Positions 49,813 to 59,552 of a DNA stretch of 64,000 bases are shown piece after piece. The position numbers and the translations under genes were made by a program. The stretch covers positions 16,696 to 80,695 of the IMG/VR virus record IMGVR_UViG_3300010883_000015. The stretch is one strand, 5' to 3'. Positions within the stretch are counted from its first letter, which is position 1, and every line of letters starts with the position of its first letter. The notes below the pieces were generated by a model. The model saw nothing but the letters and a program-made list of their open reading frames with translations, was not told the DNA's origin and searched no databases. This DNA comes from a virus.

Positions 49813-50211
49813 ATGAGTCATACATATAAAACAGATTTACTTTATCTTACAGTTAAAAAAACAAATAAAAATTCATTTAATTTTTATCTTAGATATAAAT
49901 TAAATGAAGATAATAGTTCAGCAAAAACTAAGGCTGAAGTCTTGTCTGGCTTTTTAGAAATAGAAAGATTTAATGTAGATGAAGATAATTTACTTCAATG
50001 GATTGTTGAGGGATTAAAAGATATAGAACAGAAATTACTTGATAATATACTATTATTTGATAGTAATAAATTGTTTGATTCTTCTTATTCTAACAGGGTT
50101 AATGAAAAGATAAATTGCCTTTATGGGTTTGTTGAAATGAATAAGATTATAGATAACCCAAAAGATATTAGGGATTTTCTGGCTATTGCTAAATTAATTA
50201 AAGCATGCTAG
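49813..50211 (+). CDS. hypothetical protein
   Basis: Last gene before terminator. Confidence 0.6.
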   Translation: MSHTYKTDLLYLTVKKTNKNSFNFYLRYKLNEDNSSAKTKAEVLSGFLEIERFNVDEDNLLQWIVEGLKDIEQKLLDNILLFDSNKLFDSSYSNRVNEKINCLYGFVEMNKIIDNPKDIRDFLAIAKLIKAC

Positions 50212-50279
50212 TTTTAAATCACATCGATACTTTTGGTGTATGATCTTTGTTGTTTATAGAATGTTATATGTTTTTCTTT

Positions 50280-50313
50280 AAAAGAGAGTCCCTTCTGTGG
50301 CTCTCTTTTTTTT
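50280..50313 (+). terminator. intrinsic terminator
   Basis: AAAAGAGAGTC..GGCTCTCTTTT plus T-tract. Confidence 0.85.
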
Positions 50314-50450
50314 ATTCTAAATATTCAAACCTAAAATTCAGATTGAGTTTTGAGTTCAGATAATTTTTAATATTTACTGTTATTAATATAAAAAAATTAA
50401 AAAAATGAAACAATTAATTACATGCTTATTACTTATTATTTGTGATCCAA

Positions 50451-50598
50451 AATTCAGGACGGTATTTGGTTTCAAATAAAAAGTTTTTGCCACTATATTA
50501 ATATTTTTATTTTATTTTTTTGAAAATGAAATCTTACTTATTAGTTCTACTAGATACTTATTAGTTCTATGGTTTTGTGGATTATTACACTTATTAGT
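50451..50598. repeat. degenerate copy of the repeat grammar seen at 61 and 63.5 kb
   Basis: AATTCAG..AAAAAGT..CCACT at 50451-50494; ACTTATTAGT at 50536, 50556, 50589. Confidence 0.6.
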
Positions 50599-50938
50599 AT
50601 TTATTTATTTACCTGAAATTAGTTGTTTATTTGTTCCTTGAATTGGTACGACTAATCCTTTGTTGTTTTATTTAACTTTATTCATAATTTGAACTTGGTT
50701 GCTTATATTTAGTTCTTATTTTTTTGTAGATATTATCTTTATATATTCATAAATTTTAAAGATTTATTATTGACATTTCCTTTGCATTCTCTATTGTTCC
50801 GATAAGCTCGGCATTATAGAGATATGCTTGCTCTTGGAACTAGCAACTGGAATGGATTTTTTATGATAAAATGCTAAATTGATATTGTGAAAAGAAATTC
50901 ACATTCTCAAATAATCATAAATAAAAAGGAAAATTATC

Positions 50939-52102
50939 ATGTCTTTAAATAATAATAATATAGACCATATCTCTGAAAGTATGGAAAAAATTGCAGATGG
51001 GTTTGGATTCTGTTGTTTTTGGAGAACTCAATCATTTCGTCATACACCTTTTCAATTAAAAGACATGGCGCGAGCAAGTGGTTTCTCACAAACAATACTT
51101 GATTCATTCTCTGAGCATTCACTTAAGGCCTCAATCGGACTAGCTAAATATGACTCCCAATGGAAAAAGATTAAATTTAATAACCATAACATTGAAGCTA
51201 AGACTGTTCATGTAGATGATTCTACTGGAGCAATAACAGTTGAATTTCTTGGGTATGAGAAAATAACAGATCAAGAAGGCAAGAGAACGCAGGTAGATTC
51301 TATTGTGTTTGATAGTTATGGAAATCTATTGAAAACAGGAGTAACTGATGCTTCTAGGGAGTTTGTAAGGGCTGTTGACCACCATATGCATTTCTGGGGC
51401 AACAATGACATTTATGACAAGGTTACTAAGCCAATGTTGAAGTCTATGGATGCCCTTAGAATTAGTAGTTCTAATTATTATGTTATGAAATCACCTTCTA
51501 ATATAGAAAAAATAGACAAACTTAAAAACTTTCTATCTATGATTGGGTATGAATTCTTCACTTTAACTCAAGCGAAAGATAAGCAAACCCAGTCTGCTCT
51601 TTCTGCTCAGGTTCAAGATGCTTTGGCATCGAGGATTTCAGATGCGGAAGCCAAGGTTAAAAAATGGAATAGCCAAAACAGGGTTCATGGGCGATCTGAA
51701 TCGGCAATGTTAACTGAATTGCATGACATTCTTCAATTAGCTGAGGAGTTAGAGAGAAATCTAGGTTCTGACTTGAAGGGTATTAAAGAGATGACTGCTA
51801 ATGTTAGAAATGAAGCTAAGTCAATCATACATTCTCAGTCTCCTGCTGGAATGAATACTATGGCTTACAATTATTTTAAAACAATGGTTGAAGATGATAA
51901 TAATATTGCCCAAAAAGAATCGTATGGTAATACATATTATGTTAAAGTAGGAGATGATAATCAAGAATTTATCATTAATGACTCACTCAGAGCAGATGCG
52001 AAGAAGGTTGTTGAAAGTCTCGGATTTTATGCAGTGGTTGCTGTTGGTTGTATTGTCTTAAAGCCATTAAAGTCCCTAGATACATTGTCAGTTGATATCT
52101 AA
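50939..52102 (+). CDS. DUF6744-like protein (AAA+/VWA-associated)
   Basis: N-terminal G..FW, central R...YYV, C-terminal helical EELERNLG; recognised by pattern only. Confidence 0.5.
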   Translation: MSLNNNNIDHISESMEKIADGFGFCCFWRTQSFRHTPFQLKDMARASGFSQTILDSFSEHSLKASIGLAKYDSQWKKIKFNNHNIEAKTVHVDDSTGAITVEFLGYEKITDQEGKRTQVDSIVFDSYGNLLKTGVTDASREFVRAVDHHMHFWGNNDIYDKVTKPMLKSMDALRISSSNYYVMKSPSNIEKIDKLKNFLSMIGYEFFTLTQAKDKQTQSALSAQVQDALASRISDAEAKVKKWNSQNRVHGRSESAMLTELHDILQLAEELERNLGSDLKGIKEMTANVRNEAKSIIHSQSPAGMNTMAYNYFKTMVEDDNNIAQKESYGNTYYVKVGDDNQEFIINDSLRADAKKVVESLGFYAVVAVGCIVLKPLKSLDTLSVDI

Positions 52103-52124
52103 TATCATTCCCCAAAATGTCCCT

Positions 52125-52165
52125 GTTGTAGGGAGGCTCTATTGTCTCCCTACAACTTTATTTTT
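52125..52165 (+). terminator. intrinsic terminator
   Basis: GTTGTAGGGAGGC..GTCTCCCTACAAC plus T-rich tail. Confidence 0.8.
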
Positions 52166-52184
52166 AATACACACAGGAAAATAC

Positions 52185-52838
52185 ATGTCCCCTCCATTTA
52201 CCTTCTCTGAAACCTTTAATTTACAACCTGAAATATCTATATTGCCTGTTCTTTCTGAACTTCGAGCCAACTGGGCAGGGGTTCGTTATCGAATTGGCAT
52301 GTTTAATGATCCGGATTTTAAGCCTGTTATATCAAAAATATACCTACCTGATGATTCTTGTACATCTATTGATGATCAGTTTATGTTTGAAATAGGAGTG
52401 CTTGATCTAGGCGTAACCAATGTGTTGGAAATAATAAATGCCTGCAAGTATTTATTGGATGACAATATAGCTATATCTATTGTTCTTCCAACACTTGTTC
52501 CTCTTGGTAAGGTTCTTATTCAAGCTATTATTCATGTCTCTATCTCTAAGAATGGTATAGGCCCAACATTCATTACTACTTTTGAAAATTGTGTAAACTT
52601 TTCAAAAGGAATAAAAAGAACCGCTGGGAGCACACAGGAAGAGTATTATGAGGATGTTTCATTATATTTATATGATAGCCTAGAAAAAGAACGCGTCTGT
52701 AAAACTTTCGATAATATAAGTAACAATGATTATGCTCTTATATTGGGTGAATTCTCTTTAAATCTATGTGGGAATGCCTCTTCTGCTTTAAAGAGTACCG
52801 AGATAAATAAGATTATTGAAGATTACAACCTACAATAG
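52185..52838 (+). CDS. hypothetical protein
   Basis: AGGA SD before ATG 52185; the longer ORF-track start runs through the terminator. Confidence 0.65.
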   Translation: MSPPFTFSETFNLQPEISILPVLSELRANWAGVRYRIGMFNDPDFKPVISKIYLPDDSCTSIDDQFMFEIGVLDLGVTNVLEIINACKYLLDDNIAISIVLPTLVPLGKVLIQAIIHVSISKNGIGPTFITTFENCVNFSKGIKRTAGSTQEEYYEDVSLYLYDSLEKERVCKTFDNISNNDYALILGEFSLNLCGNASSALKSTEINKIIEDYNLQ

Positions 52839-52951
52839 TCATCTTTATGCTTATGGCAATGCCTCGATTTTGTCGGGGCTTTGTTATGTATGAGAGCGCG
52901 ATCATAAGTGTTTCAAATTATTTAAATAAATTTATTCTTTTCATTATCTTT

Positions 52952-53050
52952 ACAATTGCTTGAATGCTCGAAACGTCCGAAGCTATCGAACACATGGGCA
53001 TAATCAACCTTGCTAACTAGAAATAATTTCCATTAAAATTAAGCTATAAT
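52952..53050 (+). promoter_or_regulatory. promoter with upstream ACAWTTGCTT-N6-TCGA element and TATAAT box
   Basis: Same architecture at 55672-55759 and 61639-61737. Confidence 0.55.
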
Positions 53051-53127
53051 ATACATGTGGAAAGAAACACATAATGAAAATCTCATTCATTATTTTACTT
53101 AAATCATTCATAAAAAAAGGAAATGTT

Positions 53128-54345
53128 ATGAATACCAACTCAACCCTCATTAAGAACTCTAAACTATTAGATGGTGTCAGGACTGAACTTAATTCTAAAT
53201 TCTTAGAAAGAGAAGATGAAATCAATTGCATACTTACTGCTCTTGTTAGTAATACAAATGTTCAATTTATAGGAGCGCCAGGAACCGGAAAGTCTGCTTT
53301 GGCAAATTCTGTTTCACACTTGTTAAATTGCTCTTTCTTTAAAGTGAATTTGGATCAAGATTTAGATCCTGATTTTGTTATAGGCCATATCTCATTAAAA
53401 GAAATGAGAGATAATGACCGAATAATCCGTAACACATCAGGCAAGATTGCAGATGGACAACTTGTCTTCTTGGATGAGTGTAATAAATGTAATAGCGCCA
53501 TGAAAAATGCATTGCTTTTACCTCTTAACGAACGTCAGGTTGATATAGGCGATGGTATACCAAGAGATACAGAGATCAGAAGCGTTATTGGTGCCAGTAA
53601 TGAGTATCCCGGTTGTACTTCAATCGACGACGATACCGATCATCTTGTTCACGATCCAAACTGGGATAGATGGGCGCTAAGAATGGAGGTTAGATATATC
53701 GAAGCCGATCACAATTTCAAGGATCTTTTGATTAATAGATTTACAGTTGGCAAGGTTGATAAATCTTTAGCTATTGACCTCTCTATTATAGATGAAATGA
53801 GGATGGCTCTTTATAGTGTGAATTTAGATAATGTTATGGATCTAATATGTAAATTTAGAACCTTACTGCAAAGACAAGCAATAAATCTATCAGACCGTAG
53901 GTGGATGACAATTTGTAAATTGATTTCAGCACAAACAGTTATGCGCGGATCTCTTACTGCTAAGGGTGAAGACCTTATGATACTTGAACATGCTCTGTGG
54001 AGAACACCAGAAGAAAAGTCTATTACAGACATGGTTATACAAGACAATATTAAGTCACAATATATTGAATCAAAGAAGATTCTCGGTATCGTTAAGGCGA
54101 CAATTAAATCTACACTTGAAGCAATAAAAGAAGATGACATTAATTGCAAAGACACTAAAAGCAAAAGTCGTGCAGTTGCAATGCTTACTTCTTCAAAGGA
54201 TTTACTGGTAGATCAAGTTCGCTCTGCTGGATCTAAGAATTGGACTTGCCCAAAGGCACTGAAAGTTAAAGAAGAAATAGGTGGGCTTATTCAATCTTTA
54301 GGAATTGAAGCACACAAAAGAATGAACTTAAACATAAATCTATAA
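53128..54345 (+). CDS. MoxR/RavA-like AAA+ ATPase
   Basis: FLEREDEI, GAPGTGKS, FLDE, GASNE.P, DRW, SDRRW, LW. Confidence 0.9.
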   Translation: MNTNSTLIKNSKLLDGVRTELNSKFLEREDEINCILTALVSNTNVQFIGAPGTGKSALANSVSHLLNCSFFKVNLDQDLDPDFVIGHISLKEMRDNDRIIRNTSGKIADGQLVFLDECNKCNSAMKNALLLPLNERQVDIGDGIPRDTEIRSVIGASNEYPGCTSIDDDTDHLVHDPNWDRWALRMEVRYIEADHNFKDLLINRFTVGKVDKSLAIDLSIIDEMRMALYSVNLDNVMDLICKFRTLLQRQAINLSDRRWMTICKLISAQTVMRGSLTAKGEDLMILEHALWRTPEEKSITDMVIQDNIKSQYIESKKILGIVKATIKSTLEAIKEDDINCKDTKSKSRAVAMLTSSKDLLVDQVRSAGSKNWTCPKALKVKEEIGGLIQSLGIEAHKRMNLNINL

Positions 54346-54374
54346 ACTTAAACAATTGTATTACGAGGTGTAAA

Positions 54375-55088
54375 ATGAAAATATATAGAAAAAACGTATC
54401 TGATGGTAAGAAAAAGACTTTTAAGGTTTTAGATAATTATATACTGGACATAGCTGGTTATGAAAATGTCGTATTAATATTACATCCTAAATATTATAGA
54501 AAGTCAAATAATCGGATTATGAACATGGTGGTAAAGCATACAAGCAAGTGCAACACTGTGTTTGTGTTGAAGGCAGAAGTTAAGCAGGATGCATATTATT
54601 TTCAGTCCTATATCAAAGTTTCTGTCATGCTAGAAGACTGCTCTTGGTCACATCTTATGGACGGGGTATGGGATTCGTCGAAAAGCAGCCTTAATCCTGA
54701 TCCCGCTTGTAGGTCTCTCTATTATGAGGAAAAGTCTAAACTTGGCTTACTTAAAGATTGCGAGTCTATCATATCCGAAGGGTTAACTATTTTGCTTGCC
54801 AATCTAGCTCCCAAGCATAATGAAGATGAGGATGAAGATGAAGATGAGGGTAACCTCGATGGGGGGCACCGAATGACATTCCAATACCCAGTCGAATTCC
54901 ATTACAACGGTGAAGACTTTCATTTTTTGGCAGAGGTTGATGATATCGAAGACTCTTGGGTAAGGGTTAGCGATGCCTTTAACGTAAATGTCAAGACAGT
55001 AAATGATGAAGTGGAAGTGTCAGTCTATTGTATCAATGCAGAAACAAAGAAAATAATAGGAGGCAAGATCTCGGTAGAGACTTGGTAA
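54375..55088 (+). CDS. hypothetical protein with acidic EDEDEDEDE linker
   Basis: GAGGTG SD. Confidence 0.7.
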   Translation: MKIYRKNVSDGKKKTFKVLDNYILDIAGYENVVLILHPKYYRKSNNRIMNMVVKHTSKCNTVFVLKAEVKQDAYYFQSYIKVSVMLEDCSWSHLMDGVWDSSKSSLNPDPACRSLYYEEKSKLGLLKDCESIISEGLTILLANLAPKHNEDEDEDEDEGNLDGGHRMTFQYPVEFHYNGEDFHFLAEVDDIEDSWVRVSDAFNVNVKTVNDEVEVSVYCINAETKKIIGGKISVETW

Positions 55089-55183
55089 AAGATATTGGCA
55101 ACTTAGCTTTTTCCTTTTTTGCTAGGTTGTTAAACCTCGTAGGTGTGGCTTTAATGTACATTAAAGACCTAATCTACTGAGGA

Positions 55184-55229
55184 GGCTAGATGGTGGGCGT
55201 GAGATACCCGCTGTCTAGTCATTTTTTTT
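55184..55229 (+). terminator. intrinsic terminator
   Basis: GGCTAGATGGTGGG..CCCGCTGTCTAGTC then A and T8. Confidence 0.85.
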
Positions 55230-55485
55230 ATAATCGAGTAATCAGTAAGTGATTTATAAATTGAACAAAAGAACTAGAAGCTTGGCTGTGATCTAAATTT
55301 GCAATAGAGATAAATAGCATTTATGTCATTTAAACGCTCAAAAAGGGCTAAATTAAGCCTTTAGATTCAATATCCGTCTATCTGTATCAATTCCAATATA
55401 GAGCTTAAATTATAGCCGATTCTGAGAGGGTTGAATTTAGGTTAGTGTTTTCGTGACAAGAAGGCAGTCAAATTGCTTGTGTACT

Positions 55486-55594
55486 ATATATAAAATAATT
55501 AATTAAATTATAATTAATTATAATTATAAATTAAATTACTAATCTTAAATTATAATTTATTAATCTTAAATTATAAATTAAATTACTAATATAA
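55486..55594. repeat. ~110-bp almost pure A/T repeat tract
   Basis: No G on + strand; internal repeats TAAATTAAATTACTAAT x2 and TAATCTTAAATTATAA x2. Confidence 0.75.
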
Positions 55595-55671
55595 CATGAC
55601 AACCAGCTATCGTTATCTGATAATTGCAAGATCGCAAATATTAAGCAAATTACAAGCTTGACAATTGCTTG

Positions 55672-55759
55672 ACAATTGCTTAATACGTCGAAAGGCTCGA
55701 ACGCATAGCGATTAACTAGCGTTCAAAGTAAAGCGGATCGCATAAATAAAGCATATAAT
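55672..55759 (+). promoter_or_regulatory. promoter with upstream ACAWTTGCTT-N6-TCGA element and TATAAT box
   Basis: Same architecture as 52952 and 61639. Confidence 0.55.
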
Positions 55760-55814
55760 ATTATATGCCAAAAGAACAAAGAGACAAAGACTCTCAAAAT
55801 AGAAAGGAAATAAC

Positions 55815-57323
55815 ATGGACTTTAAACCAAAAGCAAAAAAGAACCTAAGCAGAAGAGTAAGTGACTTTTCTCGTTTTCTACATGATCAAAGACATTTCTA
55901 CGGAACCAATGCATTCAGGCAAACAAGAAAACTAGAAAATAGATTAGCTTATGAATTTAAAGTAAAGTGCAACCTTGAAATTACAAATGAAGAATTAAAC
56001 TCTGATATGGAATTGTTTGCTACTGAAATGTTTTCAAGAATGTATGAAGATTCAGATATTTCTGAGACTGTTGATAAACAATGGGCAGAAGACATACATG
56101 AAATCTTAGATGCTCAGTCAGAGTTTCAGTCAATAAAAAGAATGGCTAGAAGGGATCCAGATCTGGCTTCTTTAGCTACTGCTTACACATTCAATCACTT
56201 TAAAGAAGAAATATGCTCAGTTATTACATACAGAAAACAAGAAGAGCAGGAAAACAAAAAGAAAGAACAAGAAAGAGAACAAGGACAAGAAAAGTCTAAA
56301 GGAAAAGGTCAGGATCAAGAACAGAAAGAAAAAGGAGAAAATAGTCAAGACAAGGCTGTCTCTAAGCTACCTGAATCATTGAAGAACGAGTTCCTCTCAA
56401 AAGCAATGGATTTTTCTGAAAGTGTTGAAGAAATAGGGGAACTAAAAGAAGCAATGTCAGGAATCGGGTCGTTGGGATCAACAAAGGAATTAAGCACTGA
56501 AAGAACAGAGCTAATTAATTCATTGACAACAAATGGATCACTTAAAAACATCTTAAAGATGGTTGGAAGATTGAAAAAGTTAATGAATTCTTTTCCCGCT
56601 CTTGTTAAGTCTAAAAGAAAAGAAAAGATTTATGAGATAGAGCAGGACAGGGCACCTAAAGAACTCAGCAGGGAGCGAATGTTAGCTGCTAATGATGACA
56701 CTTTTGACCAGTATTGTTTTAGATTTGCTACTCGTAAACAATGGAAGAAAAAGAAAGGGAACGGTCAAGACGAATCGGGACTAGGTCCAATACTTATGTG
56801 TATCGATACATCTGGTTCTATGCATGGGGAAAGAATTGAACTTGCAGTAGCTTTAGCTATTGCAACCGCAAGTATTGCAAGCGATACAAAAAGAGAATTT
56901 AAGGCGGTAACATTCAACAAAAAGTTGGGACATGAATTCTACATACCAAAGAAAGCTAGAAATTCAGATGTTCTAACTGTTTTAAAGATGATTTCAAAGC
57001 TAGGTGCAAGTGGAGGAACATCATTTAATCCACCTGTTAAATGGGCGGTAGATCAAGCTTTGAAACACCCAAAATCAGACATATTGTTCTTGACTGACGG
57101 AACAGGGAGTTGTTCTACGAAAATGTCTAGTATGTTAGAATTTGCCAAGAAAAAGAGAGGGCTAAGACTCTTTACTGTATTGATTGGGGAAGATGATTAC
57201 CCGCATGCAGGTGGTATCGAAGAGATATCTGATGGAGTTATCAACGTCAAAGAACTTACAGAAAACAAGTCAATTAATGAATTGGCAAGACTGATGAAAT
57301 CAATCAAAACAAGAAAACTATAA
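55815..57323 (+). CDS. VWA-domain protein (ViaA-like partner of MoxR ATPase)
   Basis: MIDAS DTSGSM, GGTSF, FLTDG; GP.L.CID. Confidence 0.9.
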   Translation: MDFKPKAKKNLSRRVSDFSRFLHDQRHFYGTNAFRQTRKLENRLAYEFKVKCNLEITNEELNSDMELFATEMFSRMYEDSDISETVDKQWAEDIHEILDAQSEFQSIKRMARRDPDLASLATAYTFNHFKEEICSVITYRKQEEQENKKKEQEREQGQEKSKGKGQDQEQKEKGENSQDKAVSKLPESLKNEFLSKAMDFSESVEEIGELKEAMSGIGSLGSTKELSTERTELINSLTTNGSLKNILKMVGRLKKLMNSFPALVKSKRKEKIYEIEQDRAPKELSRERMLAANDDTFDQYCFRFATRKQWKKKKGNGQDESGLGPILMCIDTSGSMHGERIELAVALAIATASIASDTKREFKAVTFNKKLGHEFYIPKKARNSDVLTVLKMISKLGASGGTSFNPPVKWAVDQALKHPKSDILFLTDGTGSCSTKMSSMLEFAKKKRGLRLFTVLIGEDDYPHAGGIEEISDGVINVKELTENKSINELARLMKSIKTRKL

Positions 57324-57342
57324 CAAACAAAAGGAAAAACCA

Positions 57343-57588
57343 ATGAACTGTTCAATATGTAAAAACCCAATAGATAGATTCGGGCATAACGCTCAACCTT
57401 TCATGTTTGGGAGGTGCTGTGACACTTGTAATATCACGAAAGTAATACCAAAAAGAATGGAGGCCATTACTGAAGAACCTGTTTCTTGTGAGCAACAACT
57501 GTCTGAGATTTATGATGAGGTTGTTGGGGATAATGGACAAGAAAGATTCACTCATGAAGAGCTAATTAAATTACTAAAGGAGCGGTAA
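57343..57588 (+). CDS. small Zn-finger-like phage protein
   Basis: CSIC..GHNAQP..GRCCDTCN..VIPKR. Confidence 0.7.
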   Translation: MNCSICKNPIDRFGHNAQPFMFGRCCDTCNITKVIPKRMEAITEEPVSCEQQLSEIYDEVVGDNGQERFTHEELIKLLKER

Positions 57589-57929
57589 TGTGGAACAACG
57601 TACCTGACGATTGGAACTCATATCACAGAACATGTAGTTTTTGTAGTCAGTCATATCATGCCTCAGAAGGATCCTGTGATTGTGAGCCAGACATTGAGTG
57701 TGAACGATCATGGTTAGCTAGTTCTGGCTATGAAGTAGGCGAGGATAAAATATGGACAAAAGTTCTTTCTAAGAAGAACCGCTTGGCTAGGAAAGACCAC
57801 AAAGATGGGAAAGTCCTCAAAGGACAGAGGTACCTAGTGACTACACTAAGATGCATAGCTGATAGTAGCGGTCAGAGTTGGTTCCATATAGAAAAAAGAA
57901 TCATTAAAAATATAAAAATAAACAACTAA
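57588..57929 (+). CDS. hypothetical protein (Cys-containing)
   Basis: AAGGAG SD; CSFC..YHASEG.C.C. Confidence 0.7.
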   Translation: MWNNVPDDWNSYHRTCSFCSQSYHASEGSCDCEPDIECERSWLASSGYEVGEDKIWTKVLSKKNRLARKDHKDGKVLKGQRYLVTTLRCIADSSGQSWFHIEKRIIKNIKINN

Positions 57930-57946
57930 CCAAGAAAGGAAATCTC

Positions 57947-58243
57947 ATGAGTAAATTACTTAATCCCTTAACAGATAAAGAAAACGAGGATCTAAAAGCC
58001 TTTATCTTTGTCACCAACGACTCTCATCTTAAGGTCGTCTGCATTTGCCCTGAATGTGGCGTGTCATTCTTCCACTGGCTTCAAGATGGTCATGATATGG
58101 ATCTTGAAACAGTCAAGATGGAAATGGCGACAACAGATTGTACTGTATGTGCAGAAGATTGGAAACCTCTATCAACCAACCAGAAAGAGGAATGCCTAGA
58201 TCGAATAAGAAAGAATATTAAAACTAAAAATAACAAAGAATAA
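57947..58243 (+). CDS. hypothetical Zn-ribbon protein
   Basis: CPEC..CTVC; AAGGA SD. Confidence 0.65.
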   Translation: MSKLLNPLTDKENEDLKAFIFVTNDSHLKVVCICPECGVSFFHWLQDGHDMDLETVKMEMATTDCTVCAEDWKPLSTNQKEECLDRIRKNIKTKNNKE

Positions 58244-58253
58244 CGAGAAGACA

Positions 58254-58556
58254 GTGGCTGACAAACCCATAATTACAACCAACAATCACATCCGAAATTA
58301 TAAATATGACTATGAGGTTCCAAAGTCTGTTCTGGACGACTATGACTGGCTCGATAAAGGAGACAAAAGTGACGGGTGGATACATTATAAAAATACTTGG
58401 TATCACGTCAGTGACTTCCTACGATTGGAAACAAATTGCTTTACCTCTTTTCACGACTGGGACGGATATTACGGTCACGGGTACTCTTCAGGAGTATTGA
58501 TAAAGCTCGGTGATAACCCTTCTGAAGAATATATTATAGGATCTTTTCAGCAATAA
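58254..58556 (+). CDS. hypothetical phage protein
   Basis: GTG start; aromatic-rich WDGYYG..YSSGVLIK. Confidence 0.65.
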   Translation: MADKPIITTNNHIRNYKYDYEVPKSVLDDYDWLDKGDKSDGWIHYKNTWYHVSDFLRLETNCFTSFHDWDGYYGHGYSSGVLIKLGDNPSEEYIIGSFQQ

Positions 58557-58586
58557 AATGATTAATTAACAAGAAAGGAAACTAAA

Positions 58587-58919
58587 ATGGACAATTTCAC
58601 AAAAGAACTACTTATGTATATAGAAGTACCAACAACTGAGAATACAATAGATAATTTTACAACAGAGCTAACTATTAATTTCAAATATAAAGGAGAAGAA
58701 TACAAGTTTGAGTTTACTCCTGAAAATGAAGATTGGTGGACAGCATTCCCTAGTAAAATTAAAGGTATAGAATTTGATGTTCACTACAACGAAGATTACG
58801 GGGATATCTCAGTTTATGAAGTAGTTGATGGAGAGAACAATAATAAATTACTGCATCACAAAAGAATAGAAGAAAATTTACAGACTAAATACTCTGACAC
58901 CAAAGTAACAAGTAAATAG
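58587..58919 (+). CDS. hypothetical protein
   Basis: AAGGA SD. Confidence 0.7.
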   Translation: MDNFTKELLMYIEVPTTENTIDNFTTELTINFKYKGEEYKFEFTPENEDWWTAFPSKIKGIEFDVHYNEDYGDISVYEVVDGENNNKLLHHKRIEENLQTKYSDTKVTSK

Positions 58920-58939
58920 ATACACATAAAGGAGGAATA

Positions 58940-59248
58940 ATGGAAACTAAATACGAATACGAATTTATATTGATTAGTAGCGATAACAAAGAATCAGAAA
59001 ATGTAATCTGGTACGATTGCAAACTAGATCAAATAGAAAAAATAGCTACTGAATTTATTGATTTATCTGGAAAATATAAACATATATCTATTAAACAGTG
59101 GGATCTCGAATATGAAGAATTTACAAACGAATTCGATCTACACCAAGAACTACCACACCGAAATGCAGAAGAAATACGACTAAAACTTATAAACAAAATT
59201 AAAGAACTTAATGCAGGATCAATTAATGATATTTACTACCAAAGTTGA
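58940..59248 (+). CDS. hypothetical protein
   Basis: AAGGAGG SD. Confidence 0.7.
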   Translation: METKYEYEFILISSDNKESENVIWYDCKLDQIEKIATEFIDLSGKYKHISIKQWDLEYEEFTNEFDLHQELPHRNAEEIRLKLINKIKELNAGSINDIYYQS

Positions 59249-59444
59249 AACTAAACAATCTATTAAAGAACTTAATGAAGGATCAATTCCCAAACACCAC
59301 GATGTTAAATTATACATAAACCCAGATCACATAGTCTCTATTATGGACGAGGGTGTAAAAGGATCCCTTATCAGATTAACTAATGGAAATTATGTCGTGG
59401 TTAAAGAATTGTTTGAAAGCGTTGTATACGGGCAAAAAAAATAA
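59226..59444 (+). CDS. FlbD-family-like small protein
   Basis: LYINPDHIVSI..SLIRLTNG.YVVVKE..E.V pattern. Confidence 0.55.
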   Translation: MIFTTKVETKQSIKELNEGSIPKHHDVKLYINPDHIVSIMDEGVKGSLIRLTNGNYVVVKELFESVVYGQKK

Positions 59445-59552
59445 ATTGCGATTACGCAATACCTGTATATTTCTGCAATACTTAAAATGAGCTAACGAAA
59501 GTTATGGTTCTACCTATGAGAAGGTGTTGTGTTAAGTAAATAGAAAAGTGGT

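Noticed and set aside
52952-52961. Sigma54 promoter (TTGC -12 box)
   Set aside because: No GG at the -24 position in any of the three copies.
59226-59444. FlbD-like plus Maf-like genes as a flagellum-remodelling system
   Set aside because: The genes are 17 kb apart, FlbD-like ORFs are common in phages, and the family call is weak.
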